Of a stretch of DNA of 64,000 nucleotides, positions 18,612 through 28,924 are shown one piece after another. The DNA comes from an uncultured delta proteobacterium (GTDB taxonomy: Bacteria > Desulfobacterota > Binatia > Binatales > Binataceae). Below the pieces are notes generated by a model that was given only the letters and a program-made list of their open reading frames with translations, did not search any database and was not told where the DNA came from. The position numbers and the translations under genes are program-made. The DNA is taken from the NCBI GenBank assembly GCA_963711565.1, contig CAVQEQ010000003.1:384001-448000 (forward strand), in the 5' to 3' direction. Within the stretch, counting starts at the first letter, position 1; each line of letters starts with the position of its first letter.

Positions 18612-18729
18612 GTGAGAACCCCTCTGCGATAACGCTTTACGATGGAATGCGTACCGGAACTCTAGTAAATCTGACTCTACAGCATGTTCTCATCGACCGG
18701 AACTGACGCGATTTTGAGGAAGGAATAGC

Positions 18730-19077
18730 ATGATCGAGTCATCGTGCGTTTGCGGAGCAGTCCGTCTCGCGATTACTCGCGCTCCGGACGAATTGGTGGA
18801 TTGCAACTGCTCTATCTGCCGGCGCTACGCTGCGCTCTGGGCCTACTACCCGCTCAAGGATGTGATCGTTCCGGGCGGATTGACGGACACTTTCATGCAA
18901 GGGCCGAAGAAGATCGAGTTCCACCGCTGCAAGATTTGCGGATGCGTTACCCACTGGTCGCCGATCGACCAGCGCGACCGGATGGGCGTGAATGCGCGTC
19001 TCATGGAGCCCGAAGTAGTGGCGCGCGCGCGTGTGCGCCACCTCGACGGCGCAAACACCTGGAAATATCTCGACTAG
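18730..19077 (+). CDS. GFA/CENP-V family Zn-binding protein
   Basis: C.CGAV, CNCSICRR, C..CG motifs. Confidence 0.85.
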   Translation: MIESSCVCGAVRLAITRAPDELVDCNCSICRRYAALWAYYPLKDVIVPGGLTDTFMQGPKKIEFHRCKICGCVTHWSPIDQRDRMGVNARLMEPEVVARARVRHLDGANTWKYLD

Positions 19078-19089
19078 AAGGACTCGATT

Positions 19090-19845
19090 TTGCCAGCTAA
19101 GCCGCCACATCGCCCGCTCAGCATCGTTCATACTTCCGACGTTCATCTCGAGACCGACACGTTCGGGTCCGGCGAGCGCGGCATCCAGTTGCGCGACAAA
19201 GTGCGCACCGCGTTCGGCCGCGTCATCGACATCGCCAACGAGCGCAACGCCGACATGCTGCTGATAGTCGGCGACCTGTTCGATTCGGCGCGCGTAACTG
19301 AAGAAGGCCTCGCCTTCGCGCTGGGCACTATCGCGCGCGCGAAGATGCCGGTCGTGATGATTCCCGGCAACCATGACGCGCACGACGAGCGATCGATTTA
19401 CGCGGGCCTGGCGCCGGGCACCCTCCCCGAGAACCTCCATCTGATCCTCGAGCCCGAGGGCCGTTCGATCGATTTCCCCGATCTTGCGACTCGCGTGTGG
19501 GGCCGAGCGCTGGTCGAGCACACTCCCGACTATCGCCCGATGAGCGGCGTGCCCGAGCCCGAAGAAGGACTGTGGAACATCGCGCTCGCGCACGGATTCT
19601 TCATGGAGGAAGGCGAGATCGAGCGCTCGTCGCCGATCACGCCGGCGGAAATCGAGCGCTCGCATTATGACTACGTCGCGCTCGGCCATGTCCACGTGCT
19701 GAGCGACGTGTCGCAGGGCTCGACGCGCGCCTTCTACTGCGGTACTCCCGCGCCGCTTTATTCGAGTGAAAATTCCGGATGGGTCCTGTTGGTCAATTGC
19801 GTACCCGGCCAGCCCCTCTCAATCGAACGCCTGACGGTCGGGTAG
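19090..19845 (+). CDS. Calcineurin-like metallophosphoesterase (SbcD/Mre11-like)
   Basis: HTSD.HL, GDLFD, PGNHD, AHG, YVALGH.H. Confidence 0.85.
   Translation: MPAKPPHRPLSIVHTSDVHLETDTFGSGERGIQLRDKVRTAFGRVIDIANERNADMLLIVGDLFDSARVTEEGLAFALGTIARAKMPVVMIPGNHDAHDERSIYAGLAPGTLPENLHLILEPEGRSIDFPDLATRVWGRALVEHTPDYRPMSGVPEPEEGLWNIALAHGFFMEEGEIERSSPITPAEIERSHYDYVALGHVHVLSDVSQGSTRAFYCGTPAPLYSSENSGWVLLVNCVPGQPLSIERLTVG
19795..19840 (+). repeat. Direct repeat, left copy (3' end of the metallophosphoesterase gene)
   Basis: Matches 21414-21459; 16-bp identical core CCCGGCCAGCCCCTCT. Confidence 0.75.
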
Positions 19846-19908
19846 CAAGTCACCGCCCGGATGCCGTGCCGCAAGGCAAGAAACGAACCGGCTTGTAACG
19901 TGGAGGCC

Positions 19909-19977
19909 GTGACCGTGACGATCCTCGACCCGAAGTCCGCGGTCGTTGTCATCGATCTTCTGGATAAGAGCGCCTGA
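19909..19977 (+). pseudogene. Internally deleted isochorismatase-family (cysteine hydrolase) gene remnant
   Basis: GGAGG RBS, then MTVTILDPKSAVVVIDL (family N-terminus) joined directly to LDKSA* (C-terminus-like). Confidence 0.55.
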
Positions 19978-19979
19978 CC

Positions 19980-20303
19980 GTGGATTGGCTTCACGACATA
20001 TCCTACCTGTTCGGCGGCGCCTTTCTCGCGAATGCCGTTCCGCATTTTGTCAGCGGCATGATGGGACGGCCCTTTCAGAGCCCGTTCGCCAAGCCGCCGG
20101 GCAAAGGTCTTTCGTCCTCGACGGTGAACGTGCTCTGGGGATTTGCGAACTTCGTCGTCGCCTACGTTCTCATCGCTCGTGTGGGAAGCTTCGATTTGCG
20201 CGCCGGCGACAACGTCATCGCCATGGGTTCGGGCATGCTGCTGATGGGTGTGATGGCCGCGCGCTCGTTCGGGCGGTTCCACGGCGGCAATTCGCCCACT
20301 TGA
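19980..20303 (+). CDS. Small conserved membrane protein
   Basis: F.GAFL.NAVPHFV.G..GRPFQSPFA.PPG.GLSS..VNVLWG; three hydrophobic segments. Confidence 0.75.
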   Translation: MDWLHDISYLFGGAFLANAVPHFVSGMMGRPFQSPFAKPPGKGLSSSTVNVLWGFANFVVAYVLIARVGSFDLRAGDNVIAMGSGMLLMGVMAARSFGRFHGGNSPT

Positions 20304-20380
20304 CGGCGTGGCTAAGGGCACGTTCCGCTCGCCAGAGGTCTTCAGCTATCACGTCCGCTAACTAAACGAAGGACAAACAT

Positions 20381-21334
20381 ATGCAACAGCGCAAGATTGG
20401 TCGATCTGATCTGAAGATAGCGCCTCTCGTGCTCGGCACGAATACCTTCGGATGGTCGGCGGATACCCAGACGTCATTCGCCATCCTCGATGCTTTTGTG
20501 GAGGCCGGATACAATGCCATCGATACGGCTGACGTTTATTCCTGCTGGGTTCCCGGTCATGTGGGTGGGGAATCCGAGACGGTCATTGGCGAGTGGCTGA
20601 AGGCGCGCGGCAGACGTGAACGGGTGGTTATTGCAACAAAGGTCGGCGCGCGGATGCTCAACTGGGGCGAGGGGCTGTCGGCCTCATACATCGTCAAAGC
20701 GGTCGAAGGATCGCTGAAGCGGCTGCAGACCGATTATATCGATCTTTACCAGTCGCACGTGGATGATGCCCGAACGCCGCTGGACGAGACCCTGGAGGCT
20801 TATGATCGGTTGATCAAATCCGGCAAGGTGCGCGCCATCGGCGCGTCCCACTACGATGCCCCGCGACTATCGGAAGCTTTGAGGGTCAGCCAGGACAAGG
20901 GGGTGTGCCGCTACAACAGTCTGCAGCCGCGTTACAATCTTTGTGACCGCGCCGACTTCGAAACCGCCGTGCAGGAGGTATGCGTCAAGAACGATGTCGG
21001 AGTGATCTGTTACAGCGTGCTAGCCAAGGGTTTTCTGACTGGCAAATATCGGCCCGGCGTGGACAATTCCCAGAGCAAGTGGGAGGAAATGGTGAAGCGG
21101 CGCTACGTGAACGATCGGGGGCGGCGCATCCTCAGCGCTTTGGAAGAGGTCGCGGAGGAACAGAACGCCACACAGGCCGAGGTTGCCGTTGCATGGCTGG
21201 TCGCCCAACCTGGCATTGTCGCTCCGATCATTGGCGTAAGAAGCGTCGGGCAGCTGAACGACCTTATCAATGTCGGACGGTTAGCGCTCGATAAACGGCA
21301 GCTTGATGTTCTCTCTGCCGCCAGTGCACCGTGA
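20381..21334 (+). CDS. Aldo/keto reductase
   Basis: LGTN.FGW, IDTADVY, GESE..IG, IATK, SL.RLQTDYIDLYQ.H. Confidence 0.9.
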   Translation: MQQRKIGRSDLKIAPLVLGTNTFGWSADTQTSFAILDAFVEAGYNAIDTADVYSCWVPGHVGGESETVIGEWLKARGRRERVVIATKVGARMLNWGEGLSASYIVKAVEGSLKRLQTDYIDLYQSHVDDARTPLDETLEAYDRLIKSGKVRAIGASHYDAPRLSEALRVSQDKGVCRYNSLQPRYNLCDRADFETAVQEVCVKNDVGVICYSVLAKGFLTGKYRPGVDNSQSKWEEMVKRRYVNDRGRRILSALEEVAEEQNATQAEVAVAWLVAQPGIVAPIIGVRSVGQLNDLINVGRLALDKRQLDVLSAASAP

Positions 21335-21413
21335 TTAATCACGACGCGTGATGTAGGAAGATCTCAGAAGGAATGCCGTGAAGGGTTGCGTTGGCAACCT
21401 GTTGCTCACGTTG

Positions 21414-21473
21414 AATTGCACTCCCGGCCAGCCCCTCTTGGTCGAACGCTTGATGGTTGCAGCAGAGCGTTAG
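21414..21473 (+). repeat. Direct repeat, right copy: orphan alternative 3' end of the metallophosphoesterase gene
   Basis: Encodes NCTPGQPLLVERLMVAAER*, versus NCVPGQPLSIERLTVG* in the gene. Confidence 0.75.
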
Positions 21474-21496
21474 ACAGATTGGCCGGGTTAGCCGTT

Positions 21497-21913
21497 TCAG
21501 CGCCCGGAAGCCGCCTCGTCGCGGCGCTTGAGCTCGGGGTAGATTTCCGATAACCGCCGCCACATCCGCTCCAACCCATAGCTGTCGAACGGCTCAACGA
21601 TGCACTCAAGCGCGCCCTCGCGCAGATAGATTCGCTGGTCGTCGGGTGCCCGCGACGCGCTGACGATCACGATCGACGTTTGCGGCGACTCGCGACGAAT
21701 CATCCTGAACAGTGACAACGCATCGAGCCCGCGCTCAGTGCGCAGCCCGATGTCGAGTGTGACCACATCCGGCCGCGTGGTGCGAAAGAGGTCGATTGTC
21801 TGCGCGACCGTCTCGGTCTCCGCCACCACCTGACATCCGCCGCATTCGAGATGATTGCGCATTATGTCGCGCGTGATCCCCGAGCTGTCCGCAATGAGCA
21901 CCCGTACTGCCAT
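21497..21913 (-). CDS. CheY-like single-domain receiver, atypical
   Basis: GGAGG RBS; VLIADSS, PDVVTLDI, GA...IVEPF (conserved Lys replaced by Glu). Confidence 0.75.
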   Translation of the reverse strand: MAVRVLIADSSGITRDIMRNHLECGGCQVVAETETVAQTIDLFRTTRPDVVTLDIGLRTERGLDALSLFRMIRRESPQTSIVIVSASRAPDDQRIYLREGALECIVEPFDSYGLERMWRRLSEIYPELKRRDEAASGR

Positions 21914-21991
21914 CAGCGGCAACCTCCATGGACGAGCACTGCGCCAGCCCAGTCCCCAAGGCGTCACAGCTGCGATCCGTTTGGGTTATTT

Positions 21992-22008
21992 AGCAAGGCC
22001 GGGGCCAA
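21992..22008 (-). promoter_or_regulatory. Sigma-54 (-24/-12) promoter
   Basis: TTGGCCCCGGCCTTGCT with GG-N10-GC spacing, ~80 bp upstream of the receiver gene. Confidence 0.6.
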
Positions 22009-22257
22009 GAATGGCGGGCTTCGAAGGCGACCGCCCATTTTGTCGGCAAACTAGCCAAGGGCGATTCGCGGCCACTTAATTGACTATTTAGGTGCTGTCG
22101 AACCCGCCTCCCTACGATCGTTATTCACGATCGCCGTTGCACGCGAGCGATTTGTTGCATCGCAGTGACATCTGACCCTTCACCTTGTCGCCAAAAGAAC
22201 AGCGGCGGAGCCTCGATGGCGCCCGCCGCTGCGCGAGTCGCAAATGTCTTCTGCGGG

Positions 22258-23922
<1,665 letters not shown>

Positions 23923-23965
23923 TCAGTGGTTAAAAACTGGAACTCGTTGACGAGCCGGCGAATGC

Positions 23966-24256
23966 CTACTCGATGATTCCCAAGATGTCGTCTTCGCGCA
24001 GGATCAGCAGGTCTTCGCCCTCGAGCTTGAACTCGCTGCCCGAATACTTGCCGAACAGGATCTTGTCCCCCTCCTTCACTTCGATCGGTATCAGTTTGCC
24101 GTTGTCGTCGCGCTTACCCTTGCCGACGGCGACGATTTTGCCTTCTTGAGGCTTTTCCTTGGCGGTGTCCGGGATGATGATTCCACCCTTGGTCCGCTCC
24201 TCTTCCTTGACGCGCTTGACGAGAATTCGATCTCCCAGTGGCCTTAATCCTTTCAT
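23966..24256 (-). CDS. groS: Co-chaperonin GroES
   Basis: [24 protein letters not shown]. Confidence 0.98.
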   Translation of the reverse strand: MKGLRPLGDRILVKRVKEEERTKGGIIIPDTAKEKPQEGKIVAVGKGKRDDNGKLIPIEVKEGDKILFGKYSGSEFKLEGEDLLILREDDILGIIE

Positions 24257-24349
24257 TGGGAACCAGTAGCCTCCTTGGCTTACGAAAAGTGTTGCTGGAC
24301 GGGAGGATTCCCGCCGTCGGAAAGTTAATTACTGTCCGGGTTTTGTCAA

Positions 24350-24376
24350 TTGGCACTCGCAACGACTGAGTGCTAA
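24350..24376 (-). promoter_or_regulatory. CIRCE element (HrcA operator)
   Basis: TTAGCACTC-N9-GAGTGCCAA on the minus strand, just downstream of TTGCAT-N16-TAAAAT (24381-24408). Confidence 0.92.
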
Positions 24377-24459
24377 CGGCATTTTAGCCAGATCGGGTGG
24401 AAATGCAAGGGCTGTGGATAAGGTTGCGGATCTCTAATTCCGGGCCCCCGTCCCGCTAT

Positions 24460-24654
24460 CCGGGTTTCCTCAACTAGTGCGGGCCGGGTTTCCTCAGTGG
24501 GGTTCGCCGGGTTTCTTCAGTGGGGCGGGCCGCCGTGCCCGCCGCTCCTGGGGGCAAGCGTCTGCTGTAGAAGAAATATCAGTCATTCGTTGGTAAGCGC
24601 GGTCGCAGACGCCCGCGCGTCGATGGCCGGCACGGCGGCCCGCCCCACTATCAA
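24460..24654. repeat. REP doublet (GTGGGGCGGGCCGCCGTGCCCGCC family) with stuttered 5' flank
   Basis: Inverted REP copies at 24520 and ~24622-24649; three CCGGGTTTCYTCA units at 24460, 24484 and 24507. Confidence 0.8.
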
Positions 24655-25808
24655 ACCAGCGACCCGCGCTCGCTCGCGGGAATTCCGTAGGGGCCGAATA
24701 CTTGCGTCCGGTACTCGTCGTCGCGCGAGGCTCTTAGCAGCGCGTCGGGGTCGCGCAGGATTCGCAACTGGGCGCGGACGTAATCGACCTGGCGATCGAC
24801 CTCGTACCTGCGGCCCTCGACGTACGGCGCGAATGCGCTCGCGGAGAGGTCGCCGGCGCGCAATGCGCTCTCGGCGGCGATAGCGGCGAGTCGTCCCGTT
24901 CGCATCGCGAACTCATTGCCCTGCCCCGTTATCGGCGAGAGATATCCCGCCGCGTCTCCCACCAGCAGAATGCGGTCGCGCGCGACTGCGCTGACACGAT
25001 ACCCCAGCGGCGCCATCGACCATTGCCGTCCCACTCGCGGCTCTCGCATCACGCGCTCGTAGAGCCATCGATCGTGATGCCGTGCGACCGATTCGTAAAA
25101 TTCGATCGCGCCGAGCCGGTCGCTCTGCTTCTCGGCCAGGTCCGCTTCGAGGATGTATCGATACAGCCCCGGCCGAATCCGCGAGCCGCTGATCATCGCA
25201 CCGCGGACGCCGTAGAGATGTCGATCCCACGTATGCAGCGGAGTGCCGTCGAACGCCTCGAAGAAAACCGCGACGCCGATTTGCGAGAACTCCGGGTCCT
25301 CGGATTTGAGATTCAGCGCGCGCAGCGACGGTGCGTAGCGGCCGCCGGCGTCGATCAGCATCCGCGCCGCATGACGGTTGCCGTCGCCGGTGATTGCGAT
25401 CGCCGCGTCGCCTTTGAATTCCAGGTCGGTGACCCGCGCGTTCCAGATTAAGCGTCCCCCGGCCTCGACCAGTCGGCGGCGGAGCGCGGCGTTGAAGCCG
25501 CCGCGATCAACCTGCACGGGGAAAACGGAATCTGGAATCGGATGGTACGTCCACGACAAATCGGGATAGACGTTGCGGAAGCCCGTGATCCGGTCGAGAA
25601 CCCAATCGCCTTCGAACTTGACGCCCAACTGCGCGCATTCATTTTGTGTCGGGACGACCAGCACCTCGCCTGACGTGATATCCTCGCCATCCTCGCGCTC
25701 CTTGCGTTCGAGCGCGAGCACGTTGTAGCCCGCGCCGACGAGTCTGATCGCCGCCGCACATCCGGCGGGCCCCGCTCCAATCACGATAACGTCGGCGTCG
25801 AGGTGCAT
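24651..25808 (-). CDS. FAD-dependent oxidoreductase (geranylgeranyl-reductase/halogenase-like)
   Basis: VIGAGPAG, DAGGR, LVGDAAG...P.TG.G. Confidence 0.85.
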   Translation of the reverse strand: MHLDADVIVIGAGPAGCAAAIRLVGAGYNVLALERKEREDGEDITSGEVLVVPTQNECAQLGVKFEGDWVLDRITGFRNVYPDLSWTYHPIPDSVFPVQVDRGGFNAALRRRLVEAGGRLIWNARVTDLEFKGDAAIAITGDGNRHAARMLIDAGGRYAPSLRALNLKSEDPEFSQIGVAVFFEAFDGTPLHTWDRHLYGVRGAMISGSRIRPGLYRYILEADLAEKQSDRLGAIEFYESVARHHDRWLYERVMREPRVGRQWSMAPLGYRVSAVARDRILLVGDAAGYLSPITGQGNEFAMRTGRLAAIAAESALRAGDLSASAFAPYVEGRRYEVDRQVDYVRAQLRILRDPDALLRASRDDEYRTQVFGPYGIPASERGSLV

Positions 25809-25871
25809 TGGTGATTCACCGGCTGCGATCAAGAGCACGGCTCCGGATAGGGCACAAGCGCCGCGTAGATA

Positions 25872-26192
25872 CTAAAAAACGACAGGGTGTCCTAGTTGCT
25901 CGGATATCGTCTCGGCCAGGCGCGGGAACAGCTCGTGGCCGTCCTTGTCGTCGAGCCACAGACCGCGCCCGGCGTCCCAACTGTAATGGAATCCGTGGGA
26001 GCCAGCCGCGAGCCACATCTGCTTCATCTGCGATTGCCGCGACAGAATAAACTTCGCGCCGGCCGCAAACTCGATCGTCACGACGCCATCGGCCGTCGTG
26101 TAATCAACTTCGTCAGGGTCGAGGTCCTCGAGCCACTTCGCGACTCTGGTGAGAGCGGCATCGGAACGCTCGCGAAATTCGTTTTCGTCCAT
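25872..26192 (-). CDS. cyaY: Iron donor protein CyaY (frataxin)
   Basis: GV.TIEF, SRQ....QMWLA...G.HY. Confidence 0.85.
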   Translation of the reverse strand: MDENEFRERSDAALTRVAKWLEDLDPDEVDYTTADGVVTIEFAAGAKFILSRQSQMKQMWLAAGSHGFHYSWDAGRGLWLDDKDGHELFPRLAETISEQLGHPVVF

Positions 26193-26240
26193 GTGGAGAT
26201 TGTAGCAAAGCGCGGACGCGATGCGGTACGCACTTCAGTC

Positions 26241-26326
26241 GGTGGGGCAGGCCGTCATTCATTGGTGAGCGCGGGCGCGGACGCCCGCGCGTCGATGGCG
26301 GGCACGGCGGCCCGCCCCACTATCAA
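26241..26326. repeat. REP element of the GTGGGGCGGGCC family; 73-bp direct repeat of 24582-24654
   Basis: GTCATTC.TTGGT.AGCGCGG.CGC.GACGCCCGCGCGTCGATGGC.GGCACGGCGGCCCGCCCCACTATCAA shared by both sites. Confidence 0.8.
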
Positions 26327-26381
26327 GCAAGGCGATTGGTGGCGACAAATCGCCAGCCGCGAGAGGTAATTCAAGATCCGG

Positions 26382-26446
26382 GATTCTTCCCTTCGGCCTC
26401 GCTCAGGGCTTCGGCTCAATCACAGCGGCTTTCGCTCTGAATGACA
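26382..26446 (-). repeat. TGTCAT-tagged REP-like palindrome
   Basis: Reverse complement reads TGTCATTCAGAGCGAA...CCTGAGCGAGGCCGAAGGGAAGAATC; related to 58583-58627. Confidence 0.6.
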
Positions 26447-26450
26447 CAAA

Positions 26451-26478
26451 ACACTGGGTGCAGGGCTCAGCCCTGCCC
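26451..26478 (+). repeat. ACACTGGGTGCAGGG-CCCTGCC hairpin repeat
   Basis: Second copy at 38732-38760. Confidence 0.6.
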
Positions 26479-26538
26479 AAGGAAGCGTGAAACCCACGGC
26501 GGGTTTCACATTGAATAATGTGATTTACCCTTCCCTAC

Positions 26539-26817
26539 TCAGCGCTGCGGGCCCTTCTTCCTCATCTCTTCGTCGCGGTAGCGCTTGTACAGAATCGTCC
26601 ATTCATTCGAGCCCTCAACGACGCCGCGTTTGATCGAATTGATCTTGCGCCGCACGATCGCGTCGAGCTCGTCGCCCTGCTCGTTGAATTGCGCGACGAT
26701 TTCGCGCGCCTGCCGCAGTGCGAGCGGAAAGTTCGCGATCTCGGCCAGGCCCTCGTCGCGCAATTTTGCCAGCGACTCGCGCGCCAGGTACAGAACTCGT
26801 GCTTCGGTAAGCTTCAT
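26539..26817 (-). CDS. DUF507-like protein
   Basis: MKL.E.R..YLA, VR.KI.S.KR.V.EGS.EW.ILY.RY..EE. Confidence 0.7.
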   Translation of the reverse strand: MKLTEARVLYLARESLAKLRDEGLAEIANFPLALRQAREIVAQFNEQGDELDAIVRRKINSIKRGVVEGSNEWTILYKRYRDEEMRKKGPQR

Positions 26818-26824
26818 GGAGATT

Positions 26825-27130
26825 TCAGAGCGTGAAGTTTTTCTTCTCGGCCAGGCGCTGGCGGATCAGACTGCGCAGCCGCGTGACGTCGAGGCGCGTA
26901 TCGCGCCGCGCTTCGGCCTCCGCCATCTTGTCGGCCTCTTCGTCGATTTGCGCTTCGGTCTCGAAGTTCGCCGACATCAATTCGACCACGCACGCAATCA
27001 GTTCCTTGGCGTCAGCCTTGGGTTTGATCAAGCCGCGTTCGATCAGCCCATTGACGAGATGAGTCGCGAGCGCGTCGATCTGAGCCTCCCGCATCGCCAT
27101 ACGATCACAGCTTGGCCGGATCGCACGCAC
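26825..27130 (-). CDS. DUF507-like protein (tandem partner)
   Basis: E..ID.EA..M.....,L...IR..LA.KK.F.L; true start probably the second Met. Confidence 0.65.
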   Translation of the reverse strand: MRAIRPSCDRMAMREAQIDALATHLVNGLIERGLIKPKADAKELIACVVELMSANFETEAQIDEEADKMAEAEARRDTRLDVTRLRSLIRQRLAEKKNFTL

Positions 27131-27196
27131 CTTGTCAAAAGCGCGCGGCTGCTTCCGTCGGCGGCATGATGCGAAATCGACGCGCGCGAGTTTCGT

Positions 27197-27827
27197 CTAC
27201 GCCGCGTCCTGCGAGAACCAGGCGACGATCGTGAATCGCTGTCCGAACTTTACCGGCTTGATCTGATGCTCTTGTTGAGAGCGATACGCGATCAAAATTC
27301 CGGCCGCCGGCTTCGAGCGAGAAGCCGTACTCCTTCCAACCCGGATCGTCGATCAAGCTGTACAAGACCAGCTCACCGCCGCCGTATCCATCGCCGATCG
27401 CTCGATCGCGCACCCATGGATTCAGGAAGGCTACGACCGAAACCACGCGCCTGCGGATTTCGAGCGGAGCGTCGGGACGCACATCGCTATGCTGCACGTA
27501 GAAGCCGCCTTCGTCGTATTTCAGAAAATGCGGGCCCGAGCGAGTGCTCAGCCGAACGTCGAAATGCGTCTCGAGTTTTGGCCGCAAACTGTCCAGCCGC
27601 TCCGCAATCTCCAACTCCGTAGCCGCGCCAACCTGTACGGTCCATACCTTGCGCCCGGATTCGTCGATCACGCCGCCCTTGTCGCGCGCCTCGCGCTTGC
27701 CTACGACTGTCCCCCTTTCGGCGGGCGCCGCCCGCATCTCCGCGACGATGCGAGCGCAGGTGGCGGCGTCGAGAAACTCGTCTTCTACGAACAGTCCCAG
27801 TTTGCGGAAGAAACCAGCGTCGGGCAT
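27197..27827 (-). CDS. 2OG-Fe(II) oxygenase, frameshift near 27310
   Basis: FLKY..G.FY..H.D, S.V.FLN, GGEL; the shifted frame supplies G.LIAY.S..EH.I.PV..G.RFTIV.W*. Confidence 0.75.
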
Positions 27828-27868
27828 TTTTCGGAATATATAACGACGACGCAACTCTTGGCGACGGT

Positions 27869-28895
27869 CTACTTCCGCGCGACGATTGCCTGGGTCGTTA
27901 TCGGCCCGGGCACCGCTTTGAGCACGACATCGCGAAAGGCCGGCCTCGAGCATCCGCTTGTATTCCGACAGGGTGAAGGTGTCGCCCTCGTGGGTCCAAA
28001 TCAGCATCGTGAGCGCGAACATCAGCGCGAATCGCTCATGCTCGCGCGCCTCGTCAGGCACCATGTCGACCAGCACCAACACGCCGCCCGGCGCCGCCGC
28101 GGCAGCGAGCCTGCGCGACAGCTCGAGATTCTTCGCCATGCTGAAGTGATGGTAGATGTTGACGGCGAGCACCAGGTCGTAGCCGTCGCCGAGATCGTCC
28201 GTGAAGATATCGCCGGCGCGGAACTCGATTCGGTCTGCGACGCTGGCGTTGCGCGCGTTCACCTCGGCATGTTTGATCACGCCGGGCCAATCAACCTGCA
28301 CCAGCCGCGCCGCGGGAAAACGCTTGAGCGCGCCGATGCCATAGAATCCCGAGCCGCATGCGATGTCGAGGATTTTCGCCGGCGCCGAACCGCCCTTGAA
28401 CGACTCCGCCGCAATCTCCGCCACCACCGGTCCAACGGCCTGCGCCATCTGGCGCGAGCCGCGCGCGAAGTCCTGCCAGAACGGGTTGTCGTCGGTCTCC
28501 GCCGATTGATCGAGCAGCGTGTGCCCCGCCTTGACCACGTCGGTCAGCCGTCCCGCTTCGTTCCACAACGCCCGGTTGCCGATAGTTCCCGCCATCCCGC
28601 CGGCATACAGCGACGAGCCCTTGACCAGCAATGCCTGCGACAGCGGCGGCAGCGAGTAGCGTCCGTCGGATTTCCCCACCACCTCCAACGCCACCAGCGC
28701 GTCGCACAGGATTCGCGTCGAGCGCAACGGCAGATGCTTGGCGGCTGAAATCTTCTCCGCCGTGTCGGCGCCGTTGGCGATATGCGTGAAGATCTCGAGG
28801 TCGAGCGCGGCTTTCATCGCCGCCGCGCCCATCAATCCCTGCAGCAGAGAAATCGGATTAGCCCCCGCCCGCGCGGCATTCGTCTCGTCAGCCAT
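27869..28895 (-). CDS. Class I SAM O-methyltransferase with dimerisation domain, frameshift near 27940
   Basis: KAALDL.IF, LDIACGSG, AGDIF, N..HHF; the shifted frame gives FRDVVLKAVPGPITTQAIVARK*. Confidence 0.8.
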
Positions 28896-28924
28896 GATGG
28901 TCCCCGAAGTGCGCGCGCGACGCG

